Assembly (NCBI GenBank): GCA_000004985.1 | Contig: GG738896.1 | Origin: Naegleria gruberi | Taxonomy: Eukaryota | Direction: 5' to 3' (one strand) | Length of the DNA: 64,000 nucleotides | Shown here: positions 23,300 to 35,605 of the stretch, one piece after another | Layout of the letters: every line of letters begins with the position of its first letter | Position numbering within the stretch: position 1 is the stretch's first letter | The notes under the pieces: generated by a model | The model's database searches: none | What the model saw: only the letters and a program-made list of their open reading frames with translations | What the model was told of the DNA's origin: nothing | Made by a program: the position numbers and the translations under genes

Positions 23300-25109
23300 A
23301 TGAGACAAGTAATTTTCATCTTCCTTGCCGTTGTCATCCTATCAGTAATATTTTTATTGAATATCGGATCAAGTGTGAAATGTAATGAACCATCATCTTT
23401 ATCCTCTTCATCTTCATCATCTCCATCATCATCATCATCTAAATTAACATCTAAAGATAATATTATTATTGCTGCTGATGAATTATTTGAACAATTTTCA
23501 TCAAATATTCAAAATTCATTAACATTACCAATTAAAAAACTTGTTAATTTAATATCCAAATCCAATAATATTAAATTTGAAAAGATTGAAAGAATAATTA
23601 AAAAAGTACTTCCTAATTATCTTGTTCAAAGTTATTCACCTGAACAAGAGAGTGATCATTTATTTTTAGATAATTTCCATATTGAGACAAATTATCAATT
23701 TCAAAAAAGTACTGATGAATATTCTGCATTTGATATAATGACAAAACAAGAACAGAATTTAATTTTATTCATTTTAGGAACAGCTACTAGAACATTTACT
23801 GATATATTTGGAAATAATTTTATTAGTCAACCTGAAAATGCATATTTAAAAAATTTAATTGAATTTTCAGATCAAGAAAATTATGAACATGATTTAATTA
23901 GATTAAAAGTTAAATTATTCTTTAAAGAAGTTGAAAGAAATATCAAAGAAGGAAATTCTAAAGAAAAGATTGGATGGTTATTTAAAAAATCATATAAGAG
24001 ATTTAATGATGATTTATTTGAATTTGATAGTCAATTATTTACAACAACATATCCATTGGGTGATTGTTCAAATATTAGAGGTATTTTATTTGTTGGTGGA
24101 TTATATACTGATTGGTATCCTTTCTATTTTGATGGATTGAAAGAATATTTAAAAAATTGTAAAGCTGATTTTAAAATTTCACAAGTTGATACTGGAAAAG
24201 GTGTTGAATCAAATGCTGAATTTTTAAAGAATGAAATTATTGAATATTTTAATGAATTGAATAATATTACAACAAGTAGAGTTAATGAAAATAATGAAAA
24301 TAACAATGAACAACAACAACAACAACATTCAACAATTAATACTAATAATAATAGTAATAATAATAACAATGATAATAACAATGATAATAATAATAACATG
24401 ATAAATTCAGAGGAGAAGGAAACTAGTTCAGAAATGAATCAAAAATTACTAGTTATTGGACATTCTAAAGGAGCATGTGATATTACCTATGCATTGGCTA
24501 AATATGAAAATGAATTGAAACCCTATGTTAAAGGTTTAATTTCACTTCAAGCTCCATACGCAGGTAAGTTTTATTTTAACATAAAATTATATGAAAGCCC
24601 AATCATAATAATGATATATATTACAATTATATTAAAATTATATATGATTTGTTTCTACTACATATATAGGAAGTGCACTTGCCAATGATATAACTGAATT
24701 TGGAGCTGCTAAAATTCTTTTACTTAAAATTTTAATTGAAGATGTTTTGGGAGGTGAATTAAAAGCCATTGAAGATATGAGTTATAATGAGAGAATGAAA
24801 CAAGTTACACAATATCCATATCCATCATCAACATTTCCATGTATAGCTATGAGTTCTTATGAAAATAGTCCTAATTCATTATTATATCCTGCCATATCAT
24901 ATTTAAAAGCAAGATATAATGTTACTAATGATGGTCTAGTTCCAACTATGGATGGATATATTCCTGGATGTAAAAATATTATTATTAAGGATATGGATCA
25001 TTCAGGTTCTGCTTTTACAGGTTTTCCAAATCTTTCAAAATATGATCCAGCTCAATTATCTTTAACTTTTATTCACATGTGGAATCATTACTTTACAAAA
25101 AATGATTAA
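23300..25109 (+). CDS. alpha/beta-hydrolase fold lipase/esterase-like protein with N-terminal signal anchor, 2 exons
   Basis: Exons: 23300..24560 and 24670..25109. The 109-nt intron has a GTAAGT donor. GHSKG nucleophile elbow (LLVIGHSKGACDI). The C-terminal exon contains DMDHSG (candidate catalytic His). Poly-S and N-rich linkers. Confidence 0.65.
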
Positions 25110-25269
25110 TTTTAACACCTCAAATCCAGCTCAATCACACAAAAAGTACTCTCTTTATTTGGATTTTATTTAATTTATGAAAAACATACCTATCTATGGA
25201 TGTTAGGATTTGCTTTTGACATGATTGCAACATTCATCCACAAAAAAATAAACAACAAAACTCATTTCA

Positions 25270-27405
25270 ATGCTGGTCTCAAATTCTGATCCTGCTGTTG
25301 TTAAGCCATCACCATCATCATCATCAATTAGCGGTCATGGTATTCAAATTGTGAATATTATTGATGAATTTATTCAGATAATCAAAGATAAAACGAATAT
25401 AGATGATTCCAATGGAAGTATTTGTAATAGCATTACAGAAGAAGATATTATCTCACACAATAATTTATCAACTTCCCCTCCAATGAATAGCAGTATTCAA
25501 GATAATACTGATAATGCTGATAATACTGATACTAATAGTGGTACTAATTCTGAACTGATGAATTGTTCTTATGATGAAAAACAAATATTTTCGGAGACAA
25601 ATAATGATGATGAAAATTGTTCAACTCTTCAACAAGCTGGCAATGTTATTGAATCAGAAGATAATGATGACAACAGTTTAACTGTTGCTGCTGCTGAACA
25701 ACTATTAAACAAAATGGAAGATGATATTAATGAAGGTATTGAGACAATTAATCAATCTTTGGAAGGCATTGATTGTTGTACAACTATTCAACAATCAATT
25801 GATCTGCCATCAACAAGTAATGCTGCCAATTGTACCACTATTAACATGAACAATGATAAGTCCTTCTTCCATCATCGTGATGATGATGATGATGTAATAA
25901 CATGTACTGAAAAGAATGAAAGCAATTGTACAATAGAACAAAAAGATCATCAAGGAAATAAGAGAAAACATGAAGGTTGTCTTGATAATCTTCCAAAGAA
26001 AAGTAAGGTTGAACATAATTCTAATAGGACAATTGCTTCCTTATTGAAAATTGATAAAAATCCTGCCAAGTACATTGTTCCATTACTTCAACAGACTAAT
26101 GCAGAGAAATATCATACTGGATGTGTAAATGAAGTATTGAGCTATTTGAACAAATTTTCCAACGGAATATCAGAAGATGAAATTATCAATACTGACACAT
26201 TGGATGAATATCAAGATAATGATACTAAAATTTGGCATGCTGAGAAGATTGGTGAGGGATCATTTGGATGTGTTTTGAGAGTTACAAAGAGAAATGAGTC
26301 AACACTTAAAAATGAATTTGTACGAGTTGTCAAAATCATTCCAAATGCAACTATGGGAGTGAGTGAAGCTGTTAAGGGTGCCAGATTAACACATCCAAAT
26401 GTTGTCAAAGTACATCATGCCATGTTGATTAGATATATTTGTTGCATTGAAATGGAATATATTGAAGGAGGTAGTTTAGCAAACTATATCAAATTTAATT
26501 GTAAAAAGTTTACTATTCACAAAGACACTGTGAAGAATATGTTATTTCAATGTTTGGAAGTATTATTATTAATGAAACAACATGAAATTGTACACTCAGA
26601 TATTAAGCCAGATAATATTATGGTAAGAGAATCATTTGATATAGCAATTGGTGATTTTGGAGTTTCTTTACAAAATCAAACCATGTCAAGTCAAACATTA
26701 GGTGGTTCAAAACGATATATGGAACCTAAATTGAAGGCAAATTTTAATACTGATGAATTTAAACCAGATTTTAGTACTGATTTGTATTCTCTTGGAATGA
26801 CATTTGAGGAATTGATTGCTAATTCTCCTAGAAATAACAAGGTTCATGAATGTATTCAGGGTTTGAAATCAAAAGATTCATCACAAAGAATTAAAGCATG
26901 TTATGAATTCGCTTCTGAGATCATTGTTAAAGAGAATAGGAATTTTAATAATATTTGGTTCAATGAGGAAGAAATGAAACCTCACTTGAGAGAATTGAGG
27001 AAACAATTAATATTGGAAGAAATGACATCTTACAAAGACTTTAAGAAAGCAACAAAAAATGATCCTTCATTATTGAGTGAAAAACAATTCATATTGAATG
27101 CACTTTGTAAAATACATGAATGGGAAATTATAACACTCATTGATGATTCATTGAAGAGTGATAAGGAAATTGTCATGACTGCTATTAAGGAAAGAGGAAG
27201 CAGTGCTGTTCAGGATGTACTTGAAGAGTTAGACCCCTACTATGTATTATCAGATGAAAAGTGCCTAAATCAGATCTCAGAAATACTAGCAGATGATCCT
27301 GAAAGTAAATATGAGATTAGTGAAATGTATGGAATTGATTTTAGTGATGAAGAAGATATGGACAATTCAGATAATGATGATGATGATGATGAGAACTCAG
27401 ATTAA
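25270..27405 (+). CDS. protein kinase with D/N-rich N-terminal region and C-terminal DUF4116-like repeat region
   Basis: 711-aa ORF. Motifs: IGEGSFGCV, VKII, HSDIKPDNIMV (HRD replaced by HSD), DFGVS, YMEPK, DLYSLGMTFEEL. The C-terminal IVMTAIKERGSSAVQDVLEELD resembles DUF4116 repeats. Confidence 0.8.
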   Translation: MLVSNSDPAVVKPSPSSSSISGHGIQIVNIIDEFIQIIKDKTNIDDSNGSICNSITEEDIISHNNLSTSPPMNSSIQDNTDNADNTDTNSGTNSELMNCSYDEKQIFSETNNDDENCSTLQQAGNVIESEDNDDNSLTVAAAEQLLNKMEDDINEGIETINQSLEGIDCCTTIQQSIDLPSTSNAANCTTINMNNDKSFFHHRDDDDDVITCTEKNESNCTIEQKDHQGNKRKHEGCLDNLPKKSKVEHNSNRTIASLLKIDKNPAKYIVPLLQQTNAEKYHTGCVNEVLSYLNKFSNGISEDEIINTDTLDEYQDNDTKIWHAEKIGEGSFGCVLRVTKRNESTLKNEFVRVVKIIPNATMGVSEAVKGARLTHPNVVKVHHAMLIRYICCIEMEYIEGGSLANYIKFNCKKFTIHKDTVKNMLFQCLEVLLLMKQHEIVHSDIKPDNIMVRESFDIAIGDFGVSLQNQTMSSQTLGGSKRYMEPKLKANFNTDEFKPDFSTDLYSLGMTFEELIANSPRNNKVHECIQGLKSKDSSQRIKACYEFASEIIVKENRNFNNIWFNEEEMKPHLRELRKQLILEEMTSYKDFKKATKNDPSLLSEKQFILNALCKIHEWEIITLIDDSLKSDKEIVMTAIKERGSSAVQDVLEELDPYYVLSDEKCLNQISEILADDPESKYEISEMYGIDFSDEEDMDNSDNDDDDDENSD

Positions 27406-27558
27406 GATGTATATTGATTCAATCATATTTATTGATTAGAAATCATTAGAATTATTTCTTCTTCTTCTTGGCAAAGAAATTACCAGAAGAAACCTTCTTT
27501 TCATCCACTGAAGTCAAATTAGAAAGCTTATCCGAAACTTGACTTTCTAACTTGTCTT

Positions 27559-27807
27559 TCAAGTGGCTTCACTCTGATATAATGGAATGAATACTCCACC
27601 GTGTTCTAACCAATGAGCAGGAACTGTTTTTGAATAATTTTCTACTCTCTTTATTGGAAATCTACCTAAAGAGCTTGGAAGTGGATAAGTTTTTCCATCG
27701 TTGGGAATTCTCAAGGTTCTATGGAAGGAAATTTCTAATGAAGAATCGAATAGATGAAGAGAGTTTTCATTGACAGTTATTGGAATGTTTTGTTCTTGTA
27801 TGAGCAT
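27559..27807 (-). CDS. hypothetical protein (82-aa ORF; may be part of a larger spliced gene)
   Basis: ORF starting MLIQEQNIPITV. A further 38-aa ORF lies in another frame at 27462-27578. No credible intron joins them. Confidence 0.3.
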   Translation of the reverse strand: MLIQEQNIPITVNENSLHLFDSSLEISFHRTLRIPNDGKTYPLPSSLGRFPIKRVENYSKTVPAHWLEHGGVFIPLYQSEAT

Positions 27808-27911
27808 TTTTTTTATCTAATCCGTATTTGTAAATGCTATTTCAAATACGCATTTGAAGGATGTCTCATATTATGTGAATCAAATTGTCGAAATAATCAA
27901 CACTTTAATAA

Positions 27912-28187
27912 TTAATATTCAAATGAATGTCCAAATCTCCATTCTTCTTTTTTGTTTATGAAGAATTTTCTTAACTTGTTGATCACTGGTGTCAATGAAG
28001 TTTTGATACCAATTGAAATTGATGGGAATTGAGGCCTCAATGAACATAACTCAAAGACAACTTTTGGTTTACCAGCAACTAGTAATATTTCCAGTATCAA
28101 TTTACAACTATCAATACTTCCATTAGCAAAATATTGAAACATGAAGAAGAAGAAGACTTTAACATTATCTGGACAGGATAATTTCAA
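27912..28187 (-). CDS. hypothetical small protein (91 aa)
   Basis: ORF starting MKLSCPDNVKVFFFF. No family was recognised. Confidence 0.3.
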   Translation of the reverse strand: MKLSCPDNVKVFFFFMFQYFANGSIDSCKLILEILLVAGKPKVVFELCSLRPQFPSISIGIKTSLTPVINKLRKFFINKKEEWRFGHSFEY

Positions 28188-28492
28188 AGGTTGGATGTAC
28201 TTTAGGTGAATTCCTTTTTGAGATTGGCAGATTTACCTTGGTTTGTTAAATGTGTTAATGTATTAATGTCTCTATTATTTGATATAGATCAAGTTGAATT
28301 TCTTGAAGGATACAAGAATGAATATACAACCAGTTCTTGTAATTTTAAATGTATGCCAGAATGTTATGATTAGATTTTCATGTTTAATTTGTGTATCCAC
28401 TCCAAATTTGTTTACATTCTTTTCAAATGTTTCTGAATAATGCATTTCAATTTGATAAGTTTAATCAATCAATAATAATGGCTTCATTGAAA

Positions 28493-29789
28493 TTAATTAA
28501 ATCTAATATCAGAAAGCAAGTTATCATAAACTCTTTTTTTGAGATTTTCTTTCTGGTTCATTAAATTTTTTGATTCTGTTGAGCATTTCCAATAGGCAAC
28601 TACAAAACCGCTTTCATCTGTAGCAATTTGAAGAGTTTTGAATGGTCTTGGATTAGTTACTGTATGCATGAGTTTGAGTGTAAAGGAATCCTCTTCCAAA
28701 CTAAAAATCTTGTAATTATTTATAAGGAGGTAATATTTACTGGCAGAGCCACACATACGACATGAGACTACTGTTTCACCTATTTTGTCCATAATATTAC
28801 CAAAGAATGTATCATCTTGATAAAGATTGAATTTGTCTTAATATAAGTATTAGAAAAAGATTTGAGATGGCAAAATATTACTTACTTGTTAAATAGAGTC
28901 TACGATAATATGAGGCACAAATATCAATAAAGTATTCATCATATTCCAATGATACAACTCGTTTCAATTGTCTCATCATTTCTAAATCTTTACCACCAAA
29001 CTCCATATCATATCCACAATAGAAAATATTATGATCCTTAGTAATTCCAATAATATTGTGATCCCCATTCACTGTTTTGATAAAGAATGGATTTTCACAT
29101 TCATTCAATGGATCAAGGCAACATTGATTAACTTTGGGAATAATCTGTCCTGTTCTAAACCCAGTTGTTGGTTGAGCTAATTCAGCAAACTGATTACTGC
29201 CACATGCAAAAAGTCTTCCATGAGATGTGATAAATGAACATGCAAATGCAGCACATGAAGAATAATTAACATATTCTCCATTGTTCAATTCAAAATCTTT
29301 CAAATGATACCAGATAATATTTGAGTTTTCATCTCCATCTAATAAATTCTCTTCCTTATCTGAATATTCAGTTACTTCCTCTCCAAAATCCCTATCTGCA
29401 CGTTCTCCATTAACATAACCTACAAATACTCTTGTACTAATATTATTAAATTGACTTCCAGATTGTAAAATTAAAACACAAGCATGATAACTTGCACTGA
29501 CATGAACAATTCTTTCATTGGGATTTTTAAATCCTATTGTAAATCTTTTCCAAGTTGGGTTAAAACCATCATTCACAATTAATCCATCAGCAACAGTTAC
29601 AAATAATTCATCATCCTCCGATAATATCAAACAAGAACCTGACCGTCCTAGCATGAATTTGATTGATCCAAATTTATTCACCAAATTACTTGGAATTTCT
29701 GGTAAATTACTTGTTTCTTCGGAAAGTACAATTTCAATGTCCTCTTCATGATGATTGAACAGGGAAAATAATGGATTTGTGTTGGCCAT
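28493..29789 (-). CDS. RCC1-like repeat (beta-propeller) protein, 2 exons
   Basis: Exons on minus strand: 29789..28886 and 28836..28493. The 49-nt intron has a GTAAGT donor and a TTAAG acceptor. Repeated motifs resemble RCC1 blades: YHACVLI, FACGSNQFAEL, NIFYCGYD. Confidence 0.7.
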
Positions 29790-30241
29790 TTTTTTTTGTA
29801 CAAGAAAATCAGTTCTTTAAAATGTACTAGTTGACCTTTTGTAAATTGTTCTAATATCTAATATTCAACAAAATCTTGATTGTCCATTACAAAAACTATT
29901 CAACACAGTTCGTAGCCAATAAGAAAAGCTCTTCACACAAATCAACAATGAAAATGAAGCCATTATAAAAATAGCAAGCAACGTGTTCTTTTTGAAATTG
30001 AACAATTTTCAAAGGTGTCGAAAACACAAAGTAAAACTATTTTTAACTCCCGTTTTTCAAACGCGCAAAAACTTCAAACATGAAGCAAACACTCAAGCTT
30101 GAAAATGTGCAATTCGAGAGAACTATATTTAAAAATAAATTGAAAAAAATCACTCTCATAGTATTTTAATCAAACCCTCTATCATCAAATAATAGTTTAA
30201 TCACTATTGCAAAAGCAAACCAACAAGAAAATATATTCAAA

Positions 30242-31624
30242 ATGAATACTGCCAAGCTTCAATATCCTTGTCTCGCTAAGCGATATTTCTCAACTCCAAA
30301 TTCAAACAACGATAAACCGAACACTACTACAACTAACTTTGCAACAACAACAACAATTCCCACCATGACCTTGACCGCCACCCTTTCCCAACAAACCGCC
30401 AATGTTGCTGGCTCAACCACTACTGCTGGTGATACTACAGATGATGAAGATACTGAAACTGCTACTACTTCTTCATCTTTTCCAACTACTACCAACCCAA
30501 TTGGTGTTGATGGAGAAGTATTAGAAAACTCATCTGATTCTACTAGTCAAAACTCTGATCAAATTCATCATGGTGAAACAACTGCTTGGAAAATGAGAAT
30601 CAATCATGAACAAATTGTTAATAATTATGATCTTCAATGGAAGACTAGATTAGATCCTCTTGCAGTCTTTCTTGAAGAATCATTGTATGGTCCAATCATT
30701 TATCAATTTGAACATGAATTGAAGGTTAATTTGAATAATTTATTGAATCAACATTCTATTATTTTAATTAGACCATCAGTTGTTTATGATAATGCTGCTG
30801 ATAACCACTCAACTCCTGTATTGAAGAATAATCAAGTTATTTTGAAAGGTGATTTGGAAATTGCAATGACCTCTAAACTTGCTATTGATAATCTTTTGGT
30901 TTTCAAGGGTCATTCAAAGATTCAATTCACTGATTCTTCTTATCACCATAATAGAAAGGCTTTTAGATTGGTTTGGAATTATTTTACTGTTAAACAAGAT
31001 AAGGAAATCTTAATCTATTCAACAGTTTCCACTCCATTCAGAGTTTTTGCTAGAAAGCCTTCTAAAAAGGAAACTGCTGAAACTACTGCTACCACTGAAA
31101 AGAGAGGTAAAAAGAGAAAGGATGAATCTAATACTTCTCCATTAATTACACAACAACAACCATTACCACAACAACCAAGATCTGCTAGTCCGCAACCAAT
31201 TCTTGGTAACCAAAACTCCACCCCTTCAACTTCTCCAATTTTGAATCAAAGTATTGATTCAAATACACCAACTATTGTTGAACCATCCCAAAAGAAAGTT
31301 AAGAAGACTCATCCAACAAGCAATACTACTATTCCTTTGGTTGGTCACCAAAATATTCCACCACTCGAAGAACTCAATATTCGTGCTGTACCAACCATTG
31401 TTAATAGTGTTGCAACTGCTGTCGTATCTCATTTGATTTCTCAAAAAGATAATGTTAATCAAGAACTTGTCATGGAATTATTCAAGACATTGAATGATAT
31501 CAACAAGAGATTAGAGAGATTGGAAAATTCTTCAACTATCCGTGGATGTGGAAACAGTATGACCTCCCAAACCTCCACCACCACCACAACTAATAACTCT
31601 AATTCCCATGACAATACCTTTTAA
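30242..31624 (+). CDS. hypothetical protein with T/S-rich low-complexity N- and C-terminal regions and a central globular domain
   Basis: 460-aa ORF. The central region (aa about 120-270) is non-repetitive. No family was recognised. Confidence 0.5.
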   Translation: MNTAKLQYPCLAKRYFSTPNSNNDKPNTTTTNFATTTTIPTMTLTATLSQQTANVAGSTTTAGDTTDDEDTETATTSSSFPTTTNPIGVDGEVLENSSDSTSQNSDQIHHGETTAWKMRINHEQIVNNYDLQWKTRLDPLAVFLEESLYGPIIYQFEHELKVNLNNLLNQHSIILIRPSVVYDNAADNHSTPVLKNNQVILKGDLEIAMTSKLAIDNLLVFKGHSKIQFTDSSYHHNRKAFRLVWNYFTVKQDKEILIYSTVSTPFRVFARKPSKKETAETTATTEKRGKKRKDESNTSPLITQQQPLPQQPRSASPQPILGNQNSTPSTSPILNQSIDSNTPTIVEPSQKKVKKTHPTSNTTIPLVGHQNIPPLEELNIRAVPTIVNSVATAVVSHLISQKDNVNQELVMELFKTLNDINKRLERLENSSTIRGCGNSMTSQTSTTTTTNNSNSHDNTF

Positions 31625-31725
31625 AATTTTGTCAAAAACCTAATTTATAATATCCCAATATATATTCTCTATCTATATAATAAATATGTATTCTAGAAAA
31701 TTTTAAAATTTATTCTAATCTCAAT

Positions 31726-33177
31726 TCAAATGTAGAAATACACATAAACACAACCTCTCAAAAAGAAAGCAATCACACCAAGCATTTGAAGAGAAACCAA
31801 CCATACGAAAGCAAATTGAAGAAGGGTTTGATCTGGAATGAGTAAAGGTAAACTCTTGTACAAGAACTTAGATACTGGTGTAATAAATAGAATGAAAACA
31901 AAGGCTAAAAAGTATTGAGTGAGAGTATTGCTCACAAAAACTCTCAACAAGAATAGTCCTGTAAATATCAAAATGCATGAAATTGCAAAGTACTTTCTCT
32001 TTTGTACTACTTTTGACAACCAAAATTGTAAAATTAACATACAGAACCCAAGTGCAAATTGAACTAAATAACTGAAAATTCCAATGTTTGTAAAAGTGTT
32101 AAAGTAAGCCATACATGTAAATAATGTAAATATAATAAAATAGTTCAATGATTGATATTCAAAAACAAAAACTCGTTGAAAGTTTTGACCTTCATTTTGA
32201 TTTTCAACAACTTCACTTTCCACAACACTTTCATTCTTCTTTGTTACTTTGATATATGGAATTTGTTGAATTAGTGTAAAATAATTTTTCATTAAAATAT
32301 TATATGGTATATAGAAATATTGATTAAATGTATGAAATAAAACTGTTGTAGTTTGACACATTAATGAAATCCAAAATAAAACCTTGAAATAATCTTCTCT
32401 ATTTAAATCCAAGGATGTTAAAGAATGTCTAGTAGCAAATGTTAAATAAATAAATATATAGGAAAATAAATAATGTAAAATTGAAATTGTAAAATGAAAA
32501 TCAGTTTCCCATTTCACAGTTTGTTTCATTTCAAAACTCATAAAACTCTTCCAAAAAATATTAGAAACTCTATCAGAAAATTGTAATAAATTAAAACAAC
32601 TATAAAAGAATAAACTTTTAAAGTTTGAAAAAATTAAAGCACGTGATGAATATTTTGGATTTTCTTTAAAATGTTCTTCCATAATTGTAAGTGCCATTTT
32701 CAGATCAATTACATTTGGTTTTGTAATAAAAATAGAATTTTGATCAATAAATTGATTAACTAATCCAATCATATTAAATATAAACATTGTAATTAAATAT
32801 TCCATAAATATTACAAATAATATCAGTAAAATTAATGATTTGTTAAATAATAATGTTACAAAAGGAAGTAGGACAATAGATATTCCCATCATGGTTATTA
32901 ATATATTGTTATTTTTCGAACAACAAGTCTTTTTTCTTTTAAAATCGTTATCCTTTCCACCCATCATTTGGTTCATATTAATTGAAACACTTCCAGAATT
33001 ATTTGTTGTTGATAGTGATGCTGTTGTTGTTGTTGTTGTATTATTGATTCCGATACTACCTAAATTATTGGGTGATTTATTATCATCATAATGATTGTAT
33101 GATGATGAATTCATCACTGATAAGTGATTCACTCTATGTTCGGGCATTGATGGAGTGAGAGATGGTGTACTACTCAT
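31726..33177 (-). CDS. multipass integral membrane protein (about 9-10 TM helices) with S/T/N-rich N-terminus
   Basis: 483-aa ORF with many hydrophobic 20-residue segments. Family not recognised. Confidence 0.6.
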   Translation of the reverse strand: MSSTPSLTPSMPEHRVNHLSVMNSSSYNHYDDNKSPNNLGSIGINNTTTTTTASLSTTNNSGSVSINMNQMMGGKDNDFKRKKTCCSKNNNILITMMGISIVLLPFVTLLFNKSLILLILFVIFMEYLITMFIFNMIGLVNQFIDQNSIFITKPNVIDLKMALTIMEEHFKENPKYSSRALIFSNFKSLFFYSCFNLLQFSDRVSNIFWKSFMSFEMKQTVKWETDFHFTISILHYLFSYIFIYLTFATRHSLTSLDLNREDYFKVLFWISLMCQTTTVLFHTFNQYFYIPYNILMKNYFTLIQQIPYIKVTKKNESVVESEVVENQNEGQNFQRVFVFEYQSLNYFIIFTLFTCMAYFNTFTNIGIFSYLVQFALGFCMLILQFWLSKVVQKRKYFAISCILIFTGLFLLRVFVSNTLTQYFLAFVFILFITPVSKFLYKSLPLLIPDQTLLQFAFVWLVSLQMLGVIAFFLRGCVYVYFYI

Positions 33178-33320
33178 TTTTTTTTAATATTAAATAAATT
33201 TATAATATTTAAATTCTTATTAAATATTATATTTATTAATAATATTGTTAAATTGGAATAATTATTGGATAAGTGATCATTGAGGTTTAAGTAAATAAAC
33301 CAATATGGATATCAAATTAC

Positions 33321-34640
33321 TCATTCAATTGATTTAATTAGAATGTCTGTATAAATTTGTCTATTGAGTGTCGAATAGAGTTTTGGAAAGGTTCTATAAA
33401 TTTTAAAATCATAAAGAGGATTCACTTGAATAACTATGTGGGTGTCTGTTCTTCTCTGTTCATCATATCCACCATAGAGATTGATGATACCTCTTTCCTC
33501 ATCAATAAATATTGAGCTACAATTGAGTGGAAGAATATTTTCAACCTCAAGTAGAGTCCATGTGTTATATTTCAAATTGTAAATATAACTGTCAGAGTAG
33601 GGAATGTAATCATCATTACATCCACCAAAAATAAACATTTCATCATTCGATATTTTACAAGTGGTTCCTGCATGTCCAAATAGAGGAGGTGTAATACTAT
33701 TGTCATAGGTTTTCCACACTAAAGTACTTAAATTCAATATACATAATTGGTTGGTAAGTGTTTGATTGTCCACACCAATATCACCTCCATAAATAACAAG
33801 CACATCAGTATTGTCTTTTTTCATGAGAATTCCACTCGAATATCCTCGTGGCACTATTTCATCTCCTGTTGTTGCTAACTTGGTCCATTTTCTGAGTGAA
33901 ATATTAAATTCCCATACATCTGAATAGGATTCATCTCCACATCCTCCAAATAAGAGTAATGAATGATTACTCTCTCTGTACAGAAATACATGACCTCTTC
34001 TTCTAGATGGCCATTCAGAATTTCCATCAGTTGGTTCTGTAAATTGCTCCCAATTCCACTGACAGGTTCTTCCATCTACACGTATTAAATCATTGTAATA
34101 TTTTGATTCTTGGTTATCGAGCCCTCCAAACATCCAAAATATTGGGTCATTCTCTTGTTTAGTAAAGCCATGATAGTATCGTGAATCTTTTTTATCCAGA
34201 TTGGAAGAAATTGGTTTCATCCATGTATATGTTCTCAAATCAAATCTATGAATCTTTCCATTTGTTTCATTTCTTCCTCCCCAAAAGTAAACAATTCCAT
34301 CATGATGAACCACACAAGTATGTGAATCTGAATCACCTATTGAAAATCGACCATCAAAATAATTGTATGCAGGCAACAATCTTCCAACTTTAATCATCAA
34401 TATTGATGGTGAAATATATATTAAAAACCTACCCTCTGATCGATCAGCCAATTCATAACCAGAAGTCTGCATCACTGGTTCCTTGTATTCATCCTCATCT
34501 TCAGTAGTTGTTGTTGTTGTTGTTGTATTCACTTCTTCTTCTTCTACTTTACGTAGACACAAACATCTCTGTCTGAACCAATTTACAGTCCCATCACGTG
34601 CAAGTAATTCCTTCTTCATTATTCTTTGTTTGGATATCAA
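33321..34640 (-). CDS. kelch-repeat (beta-propeller) protein
   Basis: 439-aa ORF. Repeated kelch signatures: YFWGG, MFGGLDN, LLLFGGCGD…SDVWEF, VIYGGDIG, MFIFGGCND…W. Confidence 0.75.
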   Translation of the reverse strand: MISKQRIMKKELLARDGTVNWFRQRCLCLRKVEEEEVNTTTTTTTTEDEDEYKEPVMQTSGYELADRSEGRFLIYISPSILMIKVGRLLPAYNYFDGRFSIGDSDSHTCVVHHDGIVYFWGGRNETNGKIHRFDLRTYTWMKPISSNLDKKDSRYYHGFTKQENDPIFWMFGGLDNQESKYYNDLIRVDGRTCQWNWEQFTEPTDGNSEWPSRRRGHVFLYRESNHSLLLFGGCGDESYSDVWEFNISLRKWTKLATTGDEIVPRGYSSGILMKKDNTDVLVIYGGDIGVDNQTLTNQLCILNLSTLVWKTYDNSITPPLFGHAGTTCKISNDEMFIFGGCNDDYIPYSDSYIYNLKYNTWTLLEVENILPLNCSSIFIDEERGIINLYGGYDEQRRTDTHIVIQVNPLYDFKIYRTFPKLYSTLNRQIYTDILIKSIE

Positions 34641-35605
34641 ATGGTATTGATAATAGAATATATATTATAATTCCGTATTGGCAAGTTGATCAGTAAATTA
34701 TTGGCACCAAAATAATAATAGGCTTTGATTTGGTTCAATTTTTTCTTTTATTGTTTGCCTTGTTGTTATCCATCATATCGGATGAGAAAGGATGATGAAA
34801 ATTCCGAAGAGATGATGGTGATGGTGAATTTGTGATCAATAATCACAATACTCTCATGGTGTGGATGATGAAATTGCTCTTGCACAATTATCTAACTACT
34901 AAAATTGTTTTGCTTTTTATTAATAGAAGAATTTAAGAATACTACTTGAAAAGATGTGAGCAGAAAAAGCTTAATACCTTTAATGCAATAACACAAGAGT
35001 ATTGAATGGAATTAGGTTAATTGATTTCAATACCAGAAAAATATTGTAATGTTTCGGCAGCTTTCCAACGAAATAATTGAGATATTCAGTTTGCCTAGTT
35101 AAATCTTCAACATCCTTACCAAATGAAAAGATTCACCAAACAAGGTTAAACATGATTTCCTTCATGTTGTAGTGTTCAATTTTCTAAATGGAATAAGGTG
35201 ATGAATAAACTTTTTAATAAAGTGAATTTATTTCAAATTAACACAATATCCAACAAAATAAAGGATGGAAAATTACTGGTAATTCTCAACAAACAATCTA
35301 ATTAGAATTTATTATTAGAATTGATGATGGAAGCTTCTAGTTTTTTAATTTAATAAAAAAAATGTTTGCAAATGCTTTTGCCAACTTTGTAAATTATAGA
35401 TTCTATGTTGGATTTTTGTTTTCTCTAGTGTATGTACATACAATGATCATCACTAAATTATTGTGGACAAATGATCCTATCCGATAATATTTAAATATAG
35501 TGGAAGTATATTTTACTTTTTAGGCTTGGCAATATTAAAGTATGCCCATTTAAAAAACAGTGAACAAGTGATTGAATATAGGACTCATTATTTGAAGGAT
35601 AAAAG

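Noticed and set aside
24124-24399. 91-aa Leu/Cys-rich minus ORF
   Set aside because: It is antisense to the N/Q-rich low-complexity stretch of the hydrolase gene.
27462-27600. Attempt to join the 82-aa ORF to a downstream 38-aa ORF (…KLESQVSDKLSNLTSVDEKKVSSGNFFAKKKKK)
   Set aside because: The only frame-restoring junction would need a 17-nt intron. This was judged implausible. The locus is left as low-confidence separate ORFs.
30259-30495. 78-aa Val-rich minus ORF
   Set aside because: It is antisense to the Thr-rich tract (ACN codons) of the plus-strand gene.
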